This document shows positions 39,901 through 47,993 of a stretch of 64,000 nt of DNA, one piece after another. Origin of the DNA: Anaerolineales bacterium (GTDB lineage Bacteria; Chloroflexota; Anaerolineae; Anaerolineales; UBA11858). Under the pieces are notes generated by a model, which made no database searches, had not been told where the DNA came from, and saw only the letters and a program-made list of their open reading frames with translations. Position numbers and translations under genes: made by a program. Where the stretch lies: NCBI GenBank assembly GCA_046483045.1, contig JAWODY010000081.1, positions 7,502-71,501 on the forward strand, given 5' to 3'. Numbering within the stretch: the stretch's first letter is position 1; each line of letters begins with the position of its first letter.

Positions 39901-42563
39901 GGCGAGGCAATCAACAAGACAAACGGGCGGAAGATCGAAAGCAGTATCCCCAGGATGAGGGCCAACACCGAAGCGCTTCCCATCCTCCGCCAGAGCAGAG
40001 CGATTTTAGATTTACAGCCGAATAAGAGAATGATGTGAGCAGAAGTCGTCCACTCTAACAGCTTTTTGCGGGTGATGGCCATGCGCACCAGCGAAGTGGC
40101 GATGGCATCGATCATCAACAGGGCTTCATAAGGCAAGAAAACGAGGCTGACCAACCAACGAACCAATCCCACTTTAACAGAAGGAAACCCTCCGCTGACG
40201 AGATCACTCCGCAGCCAGCGGGTGAACTCGATCATGGTGCCGGTGACGAGGGGCAGGGCCGAAATCAGCAGCGTGATCGACGTCCAGATCACGGTGGAGC
40301 CAGGGAACCAGAACCACCCCGCCGCCAGGAGTGTGAGGAGGATCGGAGAGCGCAGGCTGCGGCGCAGGTTGTCAAAAATTTTCCAGCGGTCGACCACGGA
40401 AAGCTTATTCGGAATCGTCCCTTCCCCGGCATGGGGCACCTTCGGGAAAAGCCAGGGGAGGATCTGCCAGTCTCCCCGCACCCAGCGGTGTTTCCGGAAA
40501 GCGTAGGTGAGGTACCCCGGGGGGTAGTCCTCCAGGAGCACCACATCGCTTACCAGCGCTGCCCGCCCGTGGATCCCCTCAAACAGATCGTGGCTGAGGA
40601 GGGTATTCTCCGGCACGCGTCCTTCCAGGCTTTGCTGGAAAGCGTCCACATCGTAAATCCCTTTGCCCACATAATCCCCCTCACCGAGGAAGTCCTGGTA
40701 GACATCGGAAACCGCCCTTGTGTAGAGGTCCAAACCGGCGTCACCGGCGTAAATCCGCGAAAAGGGGCTCTGGTTGACGGCCGTCGGTTTGACCTCCGTC
40801 CTGGGCTGGAGGACGGTATACCCCGTAACAACCTGCTCGCCGGCGGGATCAAATGCAGCGCGGTTCAAGGGGTGGGCTAAAGTGCCAATCAGCCGGGCGG
40901 CCACCCCTTTGGGGAGGGCAGTATCCGCATCCAGGGTGATGACGAATTTCACCCGGGGAAGGAACTCCAGATCGCCCATCCGGACGACATAGGAGGTGTC
41001 CCCCGCTGCTCTTAACAGGGTGTTGAATTCGACCAGCTTGCCCCGTTTGCGCTCCCAACCCATCCAGCACCCTTCCCGGGGATTCCAAACTCGCTGGCGG
41101 TGAAAGAAATAAAAGGGGCCGTCCTGCGCACCCCGGCCGTATTTCCGGTTAAGGGCGGCAATGCCCTCCCGGGCCTGATCCACCAGCATGTCATCCTGCG
41201 GCATGTGCTTCTCAGGCGCGTCGGAGAAATCGGTCAGGATCGCAAACCCAATGTCAGGGTCTCGATTGCGCAGGTAATGGAGTTCCAGCTGGTTCAGTAA
41301 GAAATCGATCCCCTCATGGTTGCTGAGCAGGGAGGGGATAACCACCATCGTGGCATATTCACCTGGAATCCCCTCGCTGAAATCCATCTTGGGCAGGATG
41401 CGGGGCGGCACGGTGTGTGTGATCAGCGTGTGGGCCAGGCTGACGGACACCATCGAGGCGGGCACCAAGCCCAGCAGTCCCACAGCGATCAACTGCGGCA
41501 ACGTCCCGCCGCTGATAAAAGCATACGCCACAAGCCCGGCCAGGAAGAACATGGTCAGCAGAGAAATGCTGCCCAGGTAGACCGCCGGGGCCTGATCGAA
41601 CATCCAGCGCCGCAGCCGTACCCCCCATCCGGGGTAGTAACCCACCGCTTCCTCGAGCAGATCGCGGCCGGAACCGACCAGATAATAGCCAACATGCCCG
41701 GCCCGCGGCGATGCCTGCCCGCGCTCTTTTGCCAGGCGGACTGCCTCACGGGCGACTTCTTCCTCGCTGGTATCGACTGTCCTGGCGATTTTTTCAATCA
41801 CCCCCCGGTAGCGATCGCGGGTGTCGAAATCCATGCCAGGGTAGATGCCCGACGGGTCTGATGCCAGGATCTCATTGACCTGGCTGACATCTTCGAAGAA
41901 CGCGCTCCAATCCTGGGTATCCAGGAAGAGCAGGCCCCGGATGCAGCCGGAGACAAGCTCCCTGGCAGCCTTTTGCCCGGGGAGCAGCGGGCCGGGCATG
42001 CTTTTCTCATCCTGGACAAGGTCCCCAGAGGCTTCCTGGACGACGGTTTTAGCCAGAACTTCCAGGGTGCTCAGGCGCAGCATGGTAGGCAGGGCCCAGA
42101 TCTCGCCCATTGTGAAGGGGCTGACCTCCTGGTAGGCCCGCACGAAATGCTTCAGCTCTTCGGCACCCAGACATTCCCCGGCAGTCTCGAGCATCTCCCG
42201 GGCCACAGCGTAAACGCGCGGATAACCGGATAGAGGAGAGGAAGTGAGTTTGGGGAGCTCATGATAATAATCCGCTGGTAAATTTTCGCGAACCTGCTGG
42301 ATGGATTGATCCACGGAGTAATAATTATCCAGCAGCCACTCTGCTGCCCCGGAGACAACCTTCTGATCTCTCGCTTTTCGCATATAGCGGTCATAAACAT
42401 CCCGGAGAATGTCCTCCAGTTGATCCACACGGTGAAGCAGGTAGGGTTTGGCGCTCGAACGGAACGAGACCTCATGCTCTCCCGCTAACCTGCGGGCGCT
42501 CCCCGCAATATGATCCATGTTTTTCAGCTCTCCATCTGCAATAGTCTCACCGGACTTCATCAT
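33948..42563 (-). CDS. Cyclic beta-1,2-glucan synthase-like protein (Cgs/NdvB/ChvB type; glycosyltransferase + cyclization + GH94 phosphorylase)
   Basis: 2871 aa; GWERKRGKL, LDADT, LLSHDLFEG, RWVRGDWQ; TM block; RTSPTNIG, HYDLLASEAR, PWGISES; YQSSGAYGFRDQLQD, GDWNDG, RENGGQYTHA. Confidence 0.93.
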   Translation of the reverse strand: MMKSGETIADGELKNMDHIAGSARRLAGEHEVSFRSSAKPYLLHRVDQLEDILRDVYDRYMRKARDQKVVSGAAEWLLDNYYSVDQSIQQVRENLPADYYHELPKLTSSPLSGYPRVYAVAREMLETAGECLGAEELKHFVRAYQEVSPFTMGEIWALPTMLRLSTLEVLAKTVVQEASGDLVQDEKSMPGPLLPGQKAARELVSGCIRGLLFLDTQDWSAFFEDVSQVNEILASDPSGIYPGMDFDTRDRYRGVIEKIARTVDTSEEEVAREAVRLAKERGQASPRAGHVGYYLVGSGRDLLEEAVGYYPGWGVRLRRWMFDQAPAVYLGSISLLTMFFLAGLVAYAFISGGTLPQLIAVGLLGLVPASMVSVSLAHTLITHTVPPRILPKMDFSEGIPGEYATMVVIPSLLSNHEGIDFLLNQLELHYLRNRDPDIGFAILTDFSDAPEKHMPQDDMLVDQAREGIAALNRKYGRGAQDGPFYFFHRQRVWNPREGCWMGWERKRGKLVEFNTLLRAAGDTSYVVRMGDLEFLPRVKFVITLDADTALPKGVAARLIGTLAHPLNRAAFDPAGEQVVTGYTVLQPRTEVKPTAVNQSPFSRIYAGDAGLDLYTRAVSDVYQDFLGEGDYVGKGIYDVDAFQQSLEGRVPENTLLSHDLFEGIHGRAALVSDVVLLEDYPPGYLTYAFRKHRWVRGDWQILPWLFPKVPHAGEGTIPNKLSVVDRWKIFDNLRRSLRSPILLTLLAAGWFWFPGSTVIWTSITLLISALPLVTGTMIEFTRWLRSDLVSGGFPSVKVGLVRWLVSLVFLPYEALLMIDAIATSLVRMAITRKKLLEWTTSAHIILLFGCKSKIALLWRRMGSASVLALILGILLSIFRPFVLLIASPLLLAWVLSPRIAGWLSEPVTREKKSLSNYQRQQLRHLARRTWLYFERYVGPQDHWLAPDHFQEKPRGVVAHRTSPTNIGLMLVSTLGAYDLGYIGLMDLTLRIEDAFESLDKLERFRGHFLNWYDTQNLTPLSPRYVSTVDSGNLAGCLLALRQGLKELQQGSLLRWQRWQGFYDTLGVLSEVVDGVDGDNELEQAADSLGDHLAGMRKKVQDGRKEPGRWLSLLEELNGESAETLNHLLKSLVESGEDRLSASTLQNLRIWAERLHYHLRNMKNEWEKFCPWLSLLHNPPSLLRETSALELDPAAYEAWEELREALAVDLSIEDAFAAYQAGRAKVETLKNHLQGKLEEKGTTSHPGMVEKIEKAVAWCQRLDEELQSTRLNIRGWRLGLQNLISAAGEIFQDMDFSFLFDPRRQVFRLGYDVGREEWDANHYDLLASEARTASIVAIAKEEVPQEHWLHLGRPFARIDGSSVMLSWNGSMFEYLMPGLLMRDYEGMLLDQTNQVVVRHQIDYARERGVPWGISESGYYRFDNQLNYQYRGFGLPGLGRKHGLGGDLVIAPYASLLALPVAPLEVMKNISALIREGALGPYGFYEAVDYTSSRLPLGEERAVVHSYMAHHQGMIFISLANHFLDERMVGRFHSDPRVESVELLLQERIPQRVREEGPPREVWVETTEREPVHLQPWQAPADDMVPQVHFLSNGRYGVMITRAGGGYSSLTRGEKGEEETVALTRWRADTTLDSWGTWIYLQEQEKDALWSVGRQPVGQPSPNYEVAFHAHQAVFRRRDHNLALKMAVTVAPEEDVEIRKLTLTNHGRNTRRLRLTSYGEIALAPLASDRRHPAFNKLFIASEYLPDLNALLFRRRPRSAGEAPLTLIHLLVPEEGAGGRVTYESDRAQFLGRGRSVRDPAALEMENWLSETDGTTLDPVMALGIEIELDPYSTSQLAFLTLAAGTQEEAISLAQRYRTWSRINLAFLRARAQSENELQRLHLEVEDLKHMQRLFSLLLYPHKMLRAEPETLASNQKGQSGLWPYAISGDYPILLVRIASEGELPLVRELLRAHAYWRARRIKIDLVILNTKDTGYAQELSDRINQLLSKMESDAWVNRRGGIFLLRSNQLDRDTKVVLETAARVVLDGKEGSLVDHLAGLPDPPSRLPSFIPTSIKKRGTTPPLSRPDDLLFDNGHGGFSPDGREYVTYLDGEQWTPAPWINVIANPSFGFLVSEAGSGYTWAGNSGENRLTPWRNDPVSDQPGEALYLRDENTAEVWSPTPLPAREEEPYLIRHGAGYSTFEHNSHGLKQRLQLFAAANAPVKVVRLRLENTWEISRRLTATYYAEWVLGTHRGETQQHIVPEYDAGTAALLARNTYHPEFGQRVAFLSASKSPHGLTTDRTEFLGREGSFRQPAALERIGLSGRVEAGLDPCAALQLHIELDPGETKEVFFLLGQGTGRAEAVGLIDSYRDFEAVEEAWREVNERWDEVLGAVTVKTPEPAMDLLLNRWLLYQALSCRVWGRSALYQSSGAYGFRDQLQDVMALLHTRPDLVREHILNAARHQFAEGDVLHWWHPPSGRGVRTRISDDLLWLPYVTAEYVRKTGDEDILKEEVAFRTGEPLENGEEERYAHYESGEETASLYEHCCRALEKGSTAGPHGLPLIGAGDWNDGLNRLGIEGRGESVWLGWFLYAALTRFSEMCERVADGERAETFRRRAQEIQQSLKENAWDGQWYLRAYDDDGVPLGSAENEECCITSMAQSWAVLSGAGDEERVERALASLSERLVQEDARILQLFTPPFDKTTRDPGYIKGYPPGVRENGGQYTHAALWTVWAFAEMGRGDRAEEYFRLLNPIYHSDTREKAERYRVEPYVVAADVYSHEQHVGRGGWTWYTGSAGWMLQLGMEAILGLKRAGNVLRIEPCVPAGWPGYTLTYRQGGTVYRIRVENPEGVNRGVVRVMLDGEELPEKDIPLSSDGREHEVEVLLGRAEK

Positions 42564-42699
42564 CTGGTCTGTTTCCTTTAATCAGCAAATCAGTTATTGA
42601 ACAGAACTCACCCTTGCTCTGTGCAGGATGAGTTCTCTGCTGCTGCCATCTATTGTGGCAGATTCTATTTCTTTCTGAGCTCAAAACCCCTCGTCAGCC

Positions 42700-43656
42700 C
42701 TAATGACCTTTTTGCTCTCTGGCCACCTTTTGAGCCAGGGTCATGCTGGCATCTTCCGGGGGCACGTCCTGGAAAATAAGCAGCGGGGTGGTGCCGTAGG
42801 CAATGAAATTCAGCGCTACGCCCCCATAAGGCCACTTTGTTTCACCAGAATAGCCGTGTGCTGTCATCAAAACCAGATCCACATCTTCTTCTTCAACGAT
42901 TTTGTGAAGTGCTGCCGCGGTATTGTCATTCACCCTGATATAGGTTTTTACGTCCGATGAAAACCGGGATTTCACGTTAGCAAGATATTGTTCTCCCTTC
43001 ACCCGGTTTAGGTCCGTGAGCTGCTTCACCAGATCGGATTCCTCCTCCGTCAAGGGTACATTGCGGGGCACTTCCGGTCTGCTCACCACATGTGCCAGGT
43101 ACATGGTACAGTGGTGGAATTCGGCCATATCCGTCGCCCACGGCAAAATGTACTCGGCCCGCTGCGAACCATCCAGGGGGATCAAGACCCGGTCATAACT
43201 CAACCCGTCCAGGTCCTCCATCACAGGTTGAAAGGCTCGGACGATCATCGTCGTCGTATATGAACTCAGCAAAACTTTCTGTACCACGCTGCTGATATTC
43301 CATTTGCTGAGGCCGCTGTTTCCATGGCTGCTGAGGATCACCAGATCCACATTTTCTTGATGGATATAGTCTATGATGCGTTCTGCGGGCCTGCCTTCGA
43401 CCATAACCCGGCTGGTTTGCAGGTCGACATCTTGCAAGCGCGACTCCACTTCACTCAAGTAGGTAGCTGCCTCCGATTTCACCATATGCCAGTCCAAGGG
43501 GTCGACAGCCCGGGACTGAACCTGGTCGCTCTCGCGCTCCAGGGCCTGCAGTAAAGTCACTTCTGCCCCCGTGGCCTGCCCCATGGCCACCGCGTGCGGC
43601 AGCACACATTCCGCCAGAGAAGAACCATCCAGCGGGACAAGTATATGTTTGATCAT
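42700..43656 (-). CDS. Tandem-domain universal stress protein
   Basis: ILVPLDGSSLAE…LVILSSHGNSG and VLIPLDGSQRAE…LVLMTAHGYSG. Confidence 0.95.
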   Translation of the reverse strand: MIKHILVPLDGSSLAECVLPHAVAMGQATGAEVTLLQALERESDQVQSRAVDPLDWHMVKSEAATYLSEVESRLQDVDLQTSRVMVEGRPAERIIDYIHQENVDLVILSSHGNSGLSKWNISSVVQKVLLSSYTTTMIVRAFQPVMEDLDGLSYDRVLIPLDGSQRAEYILPWATDMAEFHHCTMYLAHVVSRPEVPRNVPLTEEESDLVKQLTDLNRVKGEQYLANVKSRFSSDVKTYIRVNDNTAAALHKIVEEEDVDLVLMTAHGYSGETKWPYGGVALNFIAYGTTPLLIFQDVPPEDASMTLAQKVAREQKGH

Positions 43657-43828
43657 CGCTCCACTCCTCTCATCCGCTTGCTGACTCTCGCCGCCCTGAT
43701 TGGAGGATGAGACCGATCAACCTTCTGGCGAGTAGCACTTATTTCCCCCCTATCCATTTTACCGCATCCTGTTCAAATCCCTGAAGTTCCGGACAACAGT
43801 CTCCCGGGAAACAACCTGAATCCAGCAC

Positions 43829-43927
43829 TCCCCGGCGGCGTGGGCCCTGCGCTGGCAGTGGGACCAGCCCGGGGCCTGTCTGGTGCTGAGTGGGATGAGC
43901 GCCATGAACGAAGGGGTAGAAAACATG
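43829..43927 (+). pseudogene. Internal relic of an aldo/keto reductase
   Basis: Reads SPAAWALRWQWDQPGACLVLSGMSAMNEGVENM, matching the xPAxWALRWxWxxPxVxxVLSGMS…EN pattern; no start or rest of gene. Confidence 0.6.
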
Positions 43928-43950
43928 CTTTTGGGGGTCACAGTTCATGA

Positions 43951-44205
43951 AAACCATTAAATGAATGGCTCATGTTAGAAGTGCGCAAATCAGGATTAGC
44001 CGGAGCGACCGCACTGCGCGGCAGATCAGGATTTGGCTCCAGCAGTAAAATTTCTTCCTTTAAAATCCTCCGTTTAGCCGAAGATGTCCCCATGGTGATT
44101 GAGATTGTGGATACCCAGGAGAACAGGGAGGGTTTTCTTGACCAGATTAACGGAGTGATCACAGAGGGGCTGAAAACGATCGACAAGGTTAAAATTATAT
44201 TCTAC
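43951..44205 (+). pseudogene. Truncated DUF190 (PII-like, usually crcB-linked) gene
   Basis: KPLNEWLMLEVRKSGLAGATALRGRSGFG…LAEDVPMVIEIVD; in-frame TGA at 43948 removes the N-terminus; no native stop. Confidence 0.75.
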
Positions 44206-44281
44206 GATCCAGCCGGGGAGACCTTGCAGAAATGGGGTCCACCCAATCCCCATCCCGTCCAGACGGAAGAACCATCCTGCT

Positions 44282-44725
44282 TTATTCCTCTCCCGCCATG
44301 GGGTAACCGACAGCCTGCCAGGCAGTGTATCCCCCCTTCAGGTTATAGATGTTGGTGTATCCCAGCTGCAGCAGTGTCCGGGAAGCCGCGCTGCTCATCT
44401 TGCCGCTGCGGCAGTAGACGACAATCCTGGCCCCCTTGTCCTGGGGCAGCCGGTCCAGGCTCTGATCGATCTCGTTATAGGGGATGTAAACGTCGGTGCC
44501 GGCGATATACCCCTGGTAGGGGACATAAACGTTGATGACCGTGACATCCTCCTCGTCCAGCATGGCCTTCAATTCATCGGGAGAGATAAGCGTATACGTC
44601 CCACCCTCGACGGACACCTCATTCGCAGCCTCCGTTTCAACGCTGTCTGTGGCGGTGACCTGACCGCTGCAGGCTGCCAGCAATATCGCGCCTATCAGCA
44701 GGATCATTCCCAAACCTCTCTTCAC
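44282..44725 (-). CDS. Rhodanese-domain lipoprotein (copy 2)
   Basis: LAAC lipobox, YCRSGKMS, ends GYPMAGEE like 27585..28040. Confidence 0.9.
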   Translation of the reverse strand: MKRGLGMILLIGAILLAACSGQVTATDSVETEAANEVSVEGGTYTLISPDELKAMLDEEDVTVINVYVPYQGYIAGTDVYIPYNEIDQSLDRLPQDKGARIVVYCRSGKMSSAASRTLLQLGYTNIYNLKGGYTAWQAVGYPMAGEE

Positions 44726-44911
44726 ATCACACCTCCAAAATGGAACTTCCTCTCGCGCATCCCGCCTCCAGGAGCGGTGTGCGGAGGAGCTTGCTGCTCA
44801 AAAAAGCGTCCCTAAGGACATCAGAAACATAACAGGCGAACGTCCACCCCTCAGATCGTAGTATACATGAAGTCAGGGGTCATGTGTCAGGATAGGAGTT
44901 TTTCTCCGGGA

Positions 44912-45928
44912 TCACACGGCCAGCAACCGCAGCAGCCACACGAAGGCCGGGACCGTGACCACGCTGGCCAGGGTGCTGACCAGGATGGCGTGGGAAATCA
45001 GGTCCACATCCCCGCCGACTTTTTCGGCGACGATCGAGCAGGACACCGCGACCGGCATGGCGGAAATGATGACCAGGACCATGCAGATCTCCCTCGGCAG
45101 CTGGAGGCCGGCCGCGCCCGCCAAGCCCAGGAGCCCCAGGACTATCCCGGGAAAGACCAGCAAGCGGACGAAGGTGATGCCAATCACCCGGCGGTTCCAG
45201 GCTTCCCGAGTCCCCGCCTCCGCCAGCAGCGAGCCGGTGACGATCATGGAGAGGGGCACGGTGATGCTCCCCATCAAAGCCATGGCCTGGACGAGGATGC
45301 TCAAAATGGACAGGCCCGGACTGAGCCGGGTGACATCCGCCCCTTCCAGGGTCCGGGTCACGGGGAAGGCCAGGGCGGTGAGGATGCCCAGGATGGTGGC
45401 CAGCAGGCCGGGGTTGAGCAGAACGCGCCGCAGGGATCCTTTACCGGGACTGCCCCCCTGCAAAATCCCCACCCCGAGGCTCCAGAACACCAGCAGAGCC
45501 CCGAGGTTGAAGAGGAGCACGATCCGCTGCCCCACCATCCCAAAAAGGGAAACGGCGAGAGGCAGAGGGATGAATATCCAATTGGGCATACCGATGGCAA
45601 AGGCCGCGGATCCGCGCTGGACGGCGTTCTTTCTGCTGAACAGCGGGGAGACCACATATCCGGTGCCCATGGCCAGCAGAATGACCGCCATGCCGGCCAG
45701 GGGGACATACCAGCTCTCTGCCAACGCTTCGGGGTCAATGCTGCCCAGCATGGAAGTGAAGACAAGGACGGGAAAGGCGATATCGACCACAAACTTGCTG
45801 AGCTGGCCGGTCGTGTGCCCGTCGAGGACCTTCTTTTTGCGCAGGACGTACCCCGCGAAGATCACCAGCAGAAGCATGAGGGTGGTCTCCAGCACGTGCA
45901 GCACGTCAGCGCTCAGGATGTCGGTCAT
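44912..45928 (-). CDS. AEC (auxin efflux carrier/malate permease) family transporter
   Basis: About 10 TM; IAFPVLVF, MPNWIFIPLP, VPLSMIVTG, SAMPVA. Confidence 0.9.
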   Translation of the reverse strand: MTDILSADVLHVLETTLMLLLVIFAGYVLRKKKVLDGHTTGQLSKFVVDIAFPVLVFTSMLGSIDPEALAESWYVPLAGMAVILLAMGTGYVVSPLFSRKNAVQRGSAAFAIGMPNWIFIPLPLAVSLFGMVGQRIVLLFNLGALLVFWSLGVGILQGGSPGKGSLRRVLLNPGLLATILGILTALAFPVTRTLEGADVTRLSPGLSILSILVQAMALMGSITVPLSMIVTGSLLAEAGTREAWNRRVIGITFVRLLVFPGIVLGLLGLAGAAGLQLPREICMVLVIISAMPVAVSCSIVAEKVGGDVDLISHAILVSTLASVVTVPAFVWLLRLLAV

Positions 45929-45978
45929 ATTGTGTCACTCCAATTATCTACCCGGCAGATCCTGGAAAATCCAAACGA

Positions 45979-46272
45979 TCACTCCAACGCCAGCGACAGC
46001 GCCAGCCCGTGATCGATCGCCCTCATCACATCGGGTGAAAGCACCCCCAGTTTTTTCACCAGCCGCCCTTCCAAGATCGACCGCACCTGAAAGGTGTCCG
46101 CCGAGGATGTCGTGGACAGCCCATTCTCTGCGGTCGCCTCCACGCGCACATGCCATGGAGCCCGTTCAAACTGCGCCTTCCATATCGTGAGCGGGACTAC
46201 AATTTTCAACGGCAGCCTGGCCAGTGCATCCCGGTTGACGATCACACAGGGGCGGGTCTTCTTGATCTCCGC
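45979..46272 (-). pseudogene. 5'-truncated PemK/MazF toxin, no antitoxin
   Basis: AEIKKTRPCVIVN…IVVPLT…NGL…ADTFQVRSI; in-frame TGA two codons upstream; first roughly 15 aa missing. Confidence 0.8.
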
Positions 46273-46442
46273 CTTTCAAGTGTCGTTCTCGTCATCCCTG
46301 TTGGAATAAGAATGGCGGCGTATTTTATCATGAGATCCACGAGAATATCCTGTAAACCACATGCATACTGGCAGACAGGGGTATATACCAGGAGAAATGC
46401 ATCCCCCGGGCTATCTTCCTTCGGTTATTGGAGATTTGACAG

Positions 46443-46616
46443 CTATCGTCGAACTATCCCGACTACAAATAGACAGGCTGCAATGGGTATCGCCAGGGGG
46501 CAACAACCTGTCTTCCCGAAAAATGCGTCATACACATAGCATCCACTCAGCAGAGTGGGAAGGACGATCACCAGCAGGAAGGATATTATAAAAAGCGAAA
46601 GTTTCCTTGTTCTCAC
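46443..46616 (-). CDS. 57-aa mini-lipoprotein with CC-TM-RR tail
   Basis: AGGAGG + GTG; LLSGC lipobox; GCCPLAIPIAACLFVVGIVRR*. Confidence 0.7.
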   Translation of the reverse strand: MRTRKLSLFIISFLLVIVLPTLLSGCYVYDAFFGKTGCCPLAIPIAACLFVVGIVRR

Positions 46617-46644
46617 GGTTCGACCTCCTGGATAAAAGAAATGT

Positions 46645-46884
46645 TTATGGAAACCAGTAGAAGCCATACACCGTTAAGGATGCTGCCTGCTTATCGAGAA
46701 TTTTGTCTGCTGAAGGTGAGGATGACAAAAGCGAGGGGGCAAAAGCTGCGGGTGAGAAGCAGCACACTGTGTCCAGAACATCACCCAGAAATCTGGACCC
46801 TGAGTTCATGCAACCAGAAAGTAATAAAGCTGCTGAAAATAAAAACAATATGAGGGTAGATAATTTTTTCCAATTCTTGGACAT
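46645..46884 (-). CDS. Mini-lipoprotein with CC motif, probably frameshifted in a C-run (native stop likely at 46691-46693)
   Basis: MSKNWKK…LLLSGC…VCCFSPAAFAP; the -1 frame continues LAFVILTFSRQNSR*. Confidence 0.6.
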   Translation of the reverse strand: MSKNWKKLSTLILFLFSAALLLSGCMNSGSRFLGDVLDTVCCFSPAAFAPSLLSSSPSADKILDKQAASLTVYGFYWFP

Positions 46885-46902
46885 GATCCTCTCCATAGAG
46901 AT

Positions 46903-47337
46903 TTAAAATCCCTGACCACATTCTAGCATGAAATGAGTGTAGTGTGTGGTTGGTAAATTCATCTCTAAAGATACCTTCTCTTCCTTACTGTCATCGCGAG
47001 GAGGCTGGAAGCCGACGACGCGATCTCCTTGATAAACCCCACCCCCTAGCCTTTCCATCCCCTCCCAGTAGCTTTCAACCGTATCTCTCCCCTCCTGGGT
47101 GATCGCCTCCGTCGTTTTTGGGCACTTGTCGACGAAGCTTTTCTCCACCTGCAACAGCCCCGCTTCCTCCAGCTTGGCCAGCTGGCTGGACAGGTTCCCC
47201 GCCGTCAGCCCGGTCAGGCGCTGCAAAAAGAGAAAGTTTACCGAGTCCACCGCGTTCAGCGCGGTCATAATCGACAGCCTGGCGGGTTCGTGGATCAGGC
47301 ATCCCAGCCAGGTAAGCTCCTCAAAGACATCAGCCAT
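46903..47337 (-). CDS. Winged-helix transcriptional regulator (MarR/ArsR-like), possibly degenerate
   Basis: IHEPARLSIMTAL…FLFLQRLTGLTAGNLSSQLAKLEEAGL. Confidence 0.75.
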   Translation of the reverse strand: MADVFEELTWLGCLIHEPARLSIMTALNAVDSVNFLFLQRLTGLTAGNLSSQLAKLEEAGLLQVEKSFVDKCPKTTEAITQEGRDTVESYWEGMERLGGGVYQGDRVVGFQPPRDDSKEEKVSLEMNLPTTHYTHFMLECGQGF

Positions 47338-47339
47338 GG

Positions 47340-47795
47340 TCAGTGCCCCTCCACCGGCAGCCTGCTGCGGAGATAGAAGTGGTCCAGCGCCCCAGCGGCG
47401 AGGACGATCCCGCTCACCACCACGATCACCCCCACCAGCTGCCCCCGCATGCCCAAGACCCGCCACCACGGCCCCAACCCGAAGAGGGGCGAAAGGCTGA
47501 CCAGGGTGATCAGGGCCGCAAAGGCCAGCGTATAGAGGCGGCGTCCATCATTCCCAGCCCGGGCTGTCCTCAGGTACTCACAGGTAAACCCGGCAGCAAA
47601 GACTAGCCCAATCAGGCTTGCCGGGACCAGGTACCGCGTGTCCGCCCAGAACGCCGCCAGCCCCAGGGCCCCGGCCAGGATCTGCATCAGAACATACCGC
47701 AGCCGGTCCTCCTGTTTAGGACGGGCCTGGCCGTAACGGTTTTTATAGCAACGGTCGATAAACCAATACAGGGCGGGTCCCAGGGCGATGACGAG
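47340..47795 (-). pseudogene. 5'-truncated multi-TM membrane protein paired with the wHTH gene
   Basis: Several TM segments, YKNRYGQA, GALDHFYL; upstream part is replaced by a DUF151 fragment on the opposite strand. Confidence 0.6.
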
Positions 47796-47943
47796 GAGCT
47801 GGCCCTGAAAGAGGACATGGGGAACAAGCGGCTGTCGGCCTTCGAGGACTAACTGGACCAGATGGGTCCGGCGGATCAGATCCACGGCGAAGGGGTGCAG
47901 AAGAGGGCGCTGAGGCACAGGAAGAAAAGGGGAGGAAGTCTAA
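47793..47943 (+). pseudogene. Degenerate copy of the 3' end of the DUF151 gene
   Basis: KRLSAFED*LDQM vs ERLSVFEDYLDQI; clear nucleotide similarity to about 50059-50130. Confidence 0.7.
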
Positions 47944-47993
47944 CGCATCCGGAAGCGAGGCCCCCAACCTTTTGACCCTTTCGCCGCCTGAAC

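Noticed and set aside
43948-43950. In-frame TGA codons before the DUF190 and MazF fragments as selenocysteine sites
   Set aside because: They do not align with Cys positions, and the upstream sequence does not continue the family homology
43657-43971. Fluoride riboswitch or crcB expected next to DUF190
   Set aside because: Neither the riboswitch consensus nor a crcB ORF is visible
44867-46190. Long plus-strand ORFs (381 and 411 aa), and similar ones at 16633..17799, 62206..63417 and 21272..22195
   Set aside because: Antisense or alternate-frame shadows of well-supported genes in GC-rich sequence; no motifs
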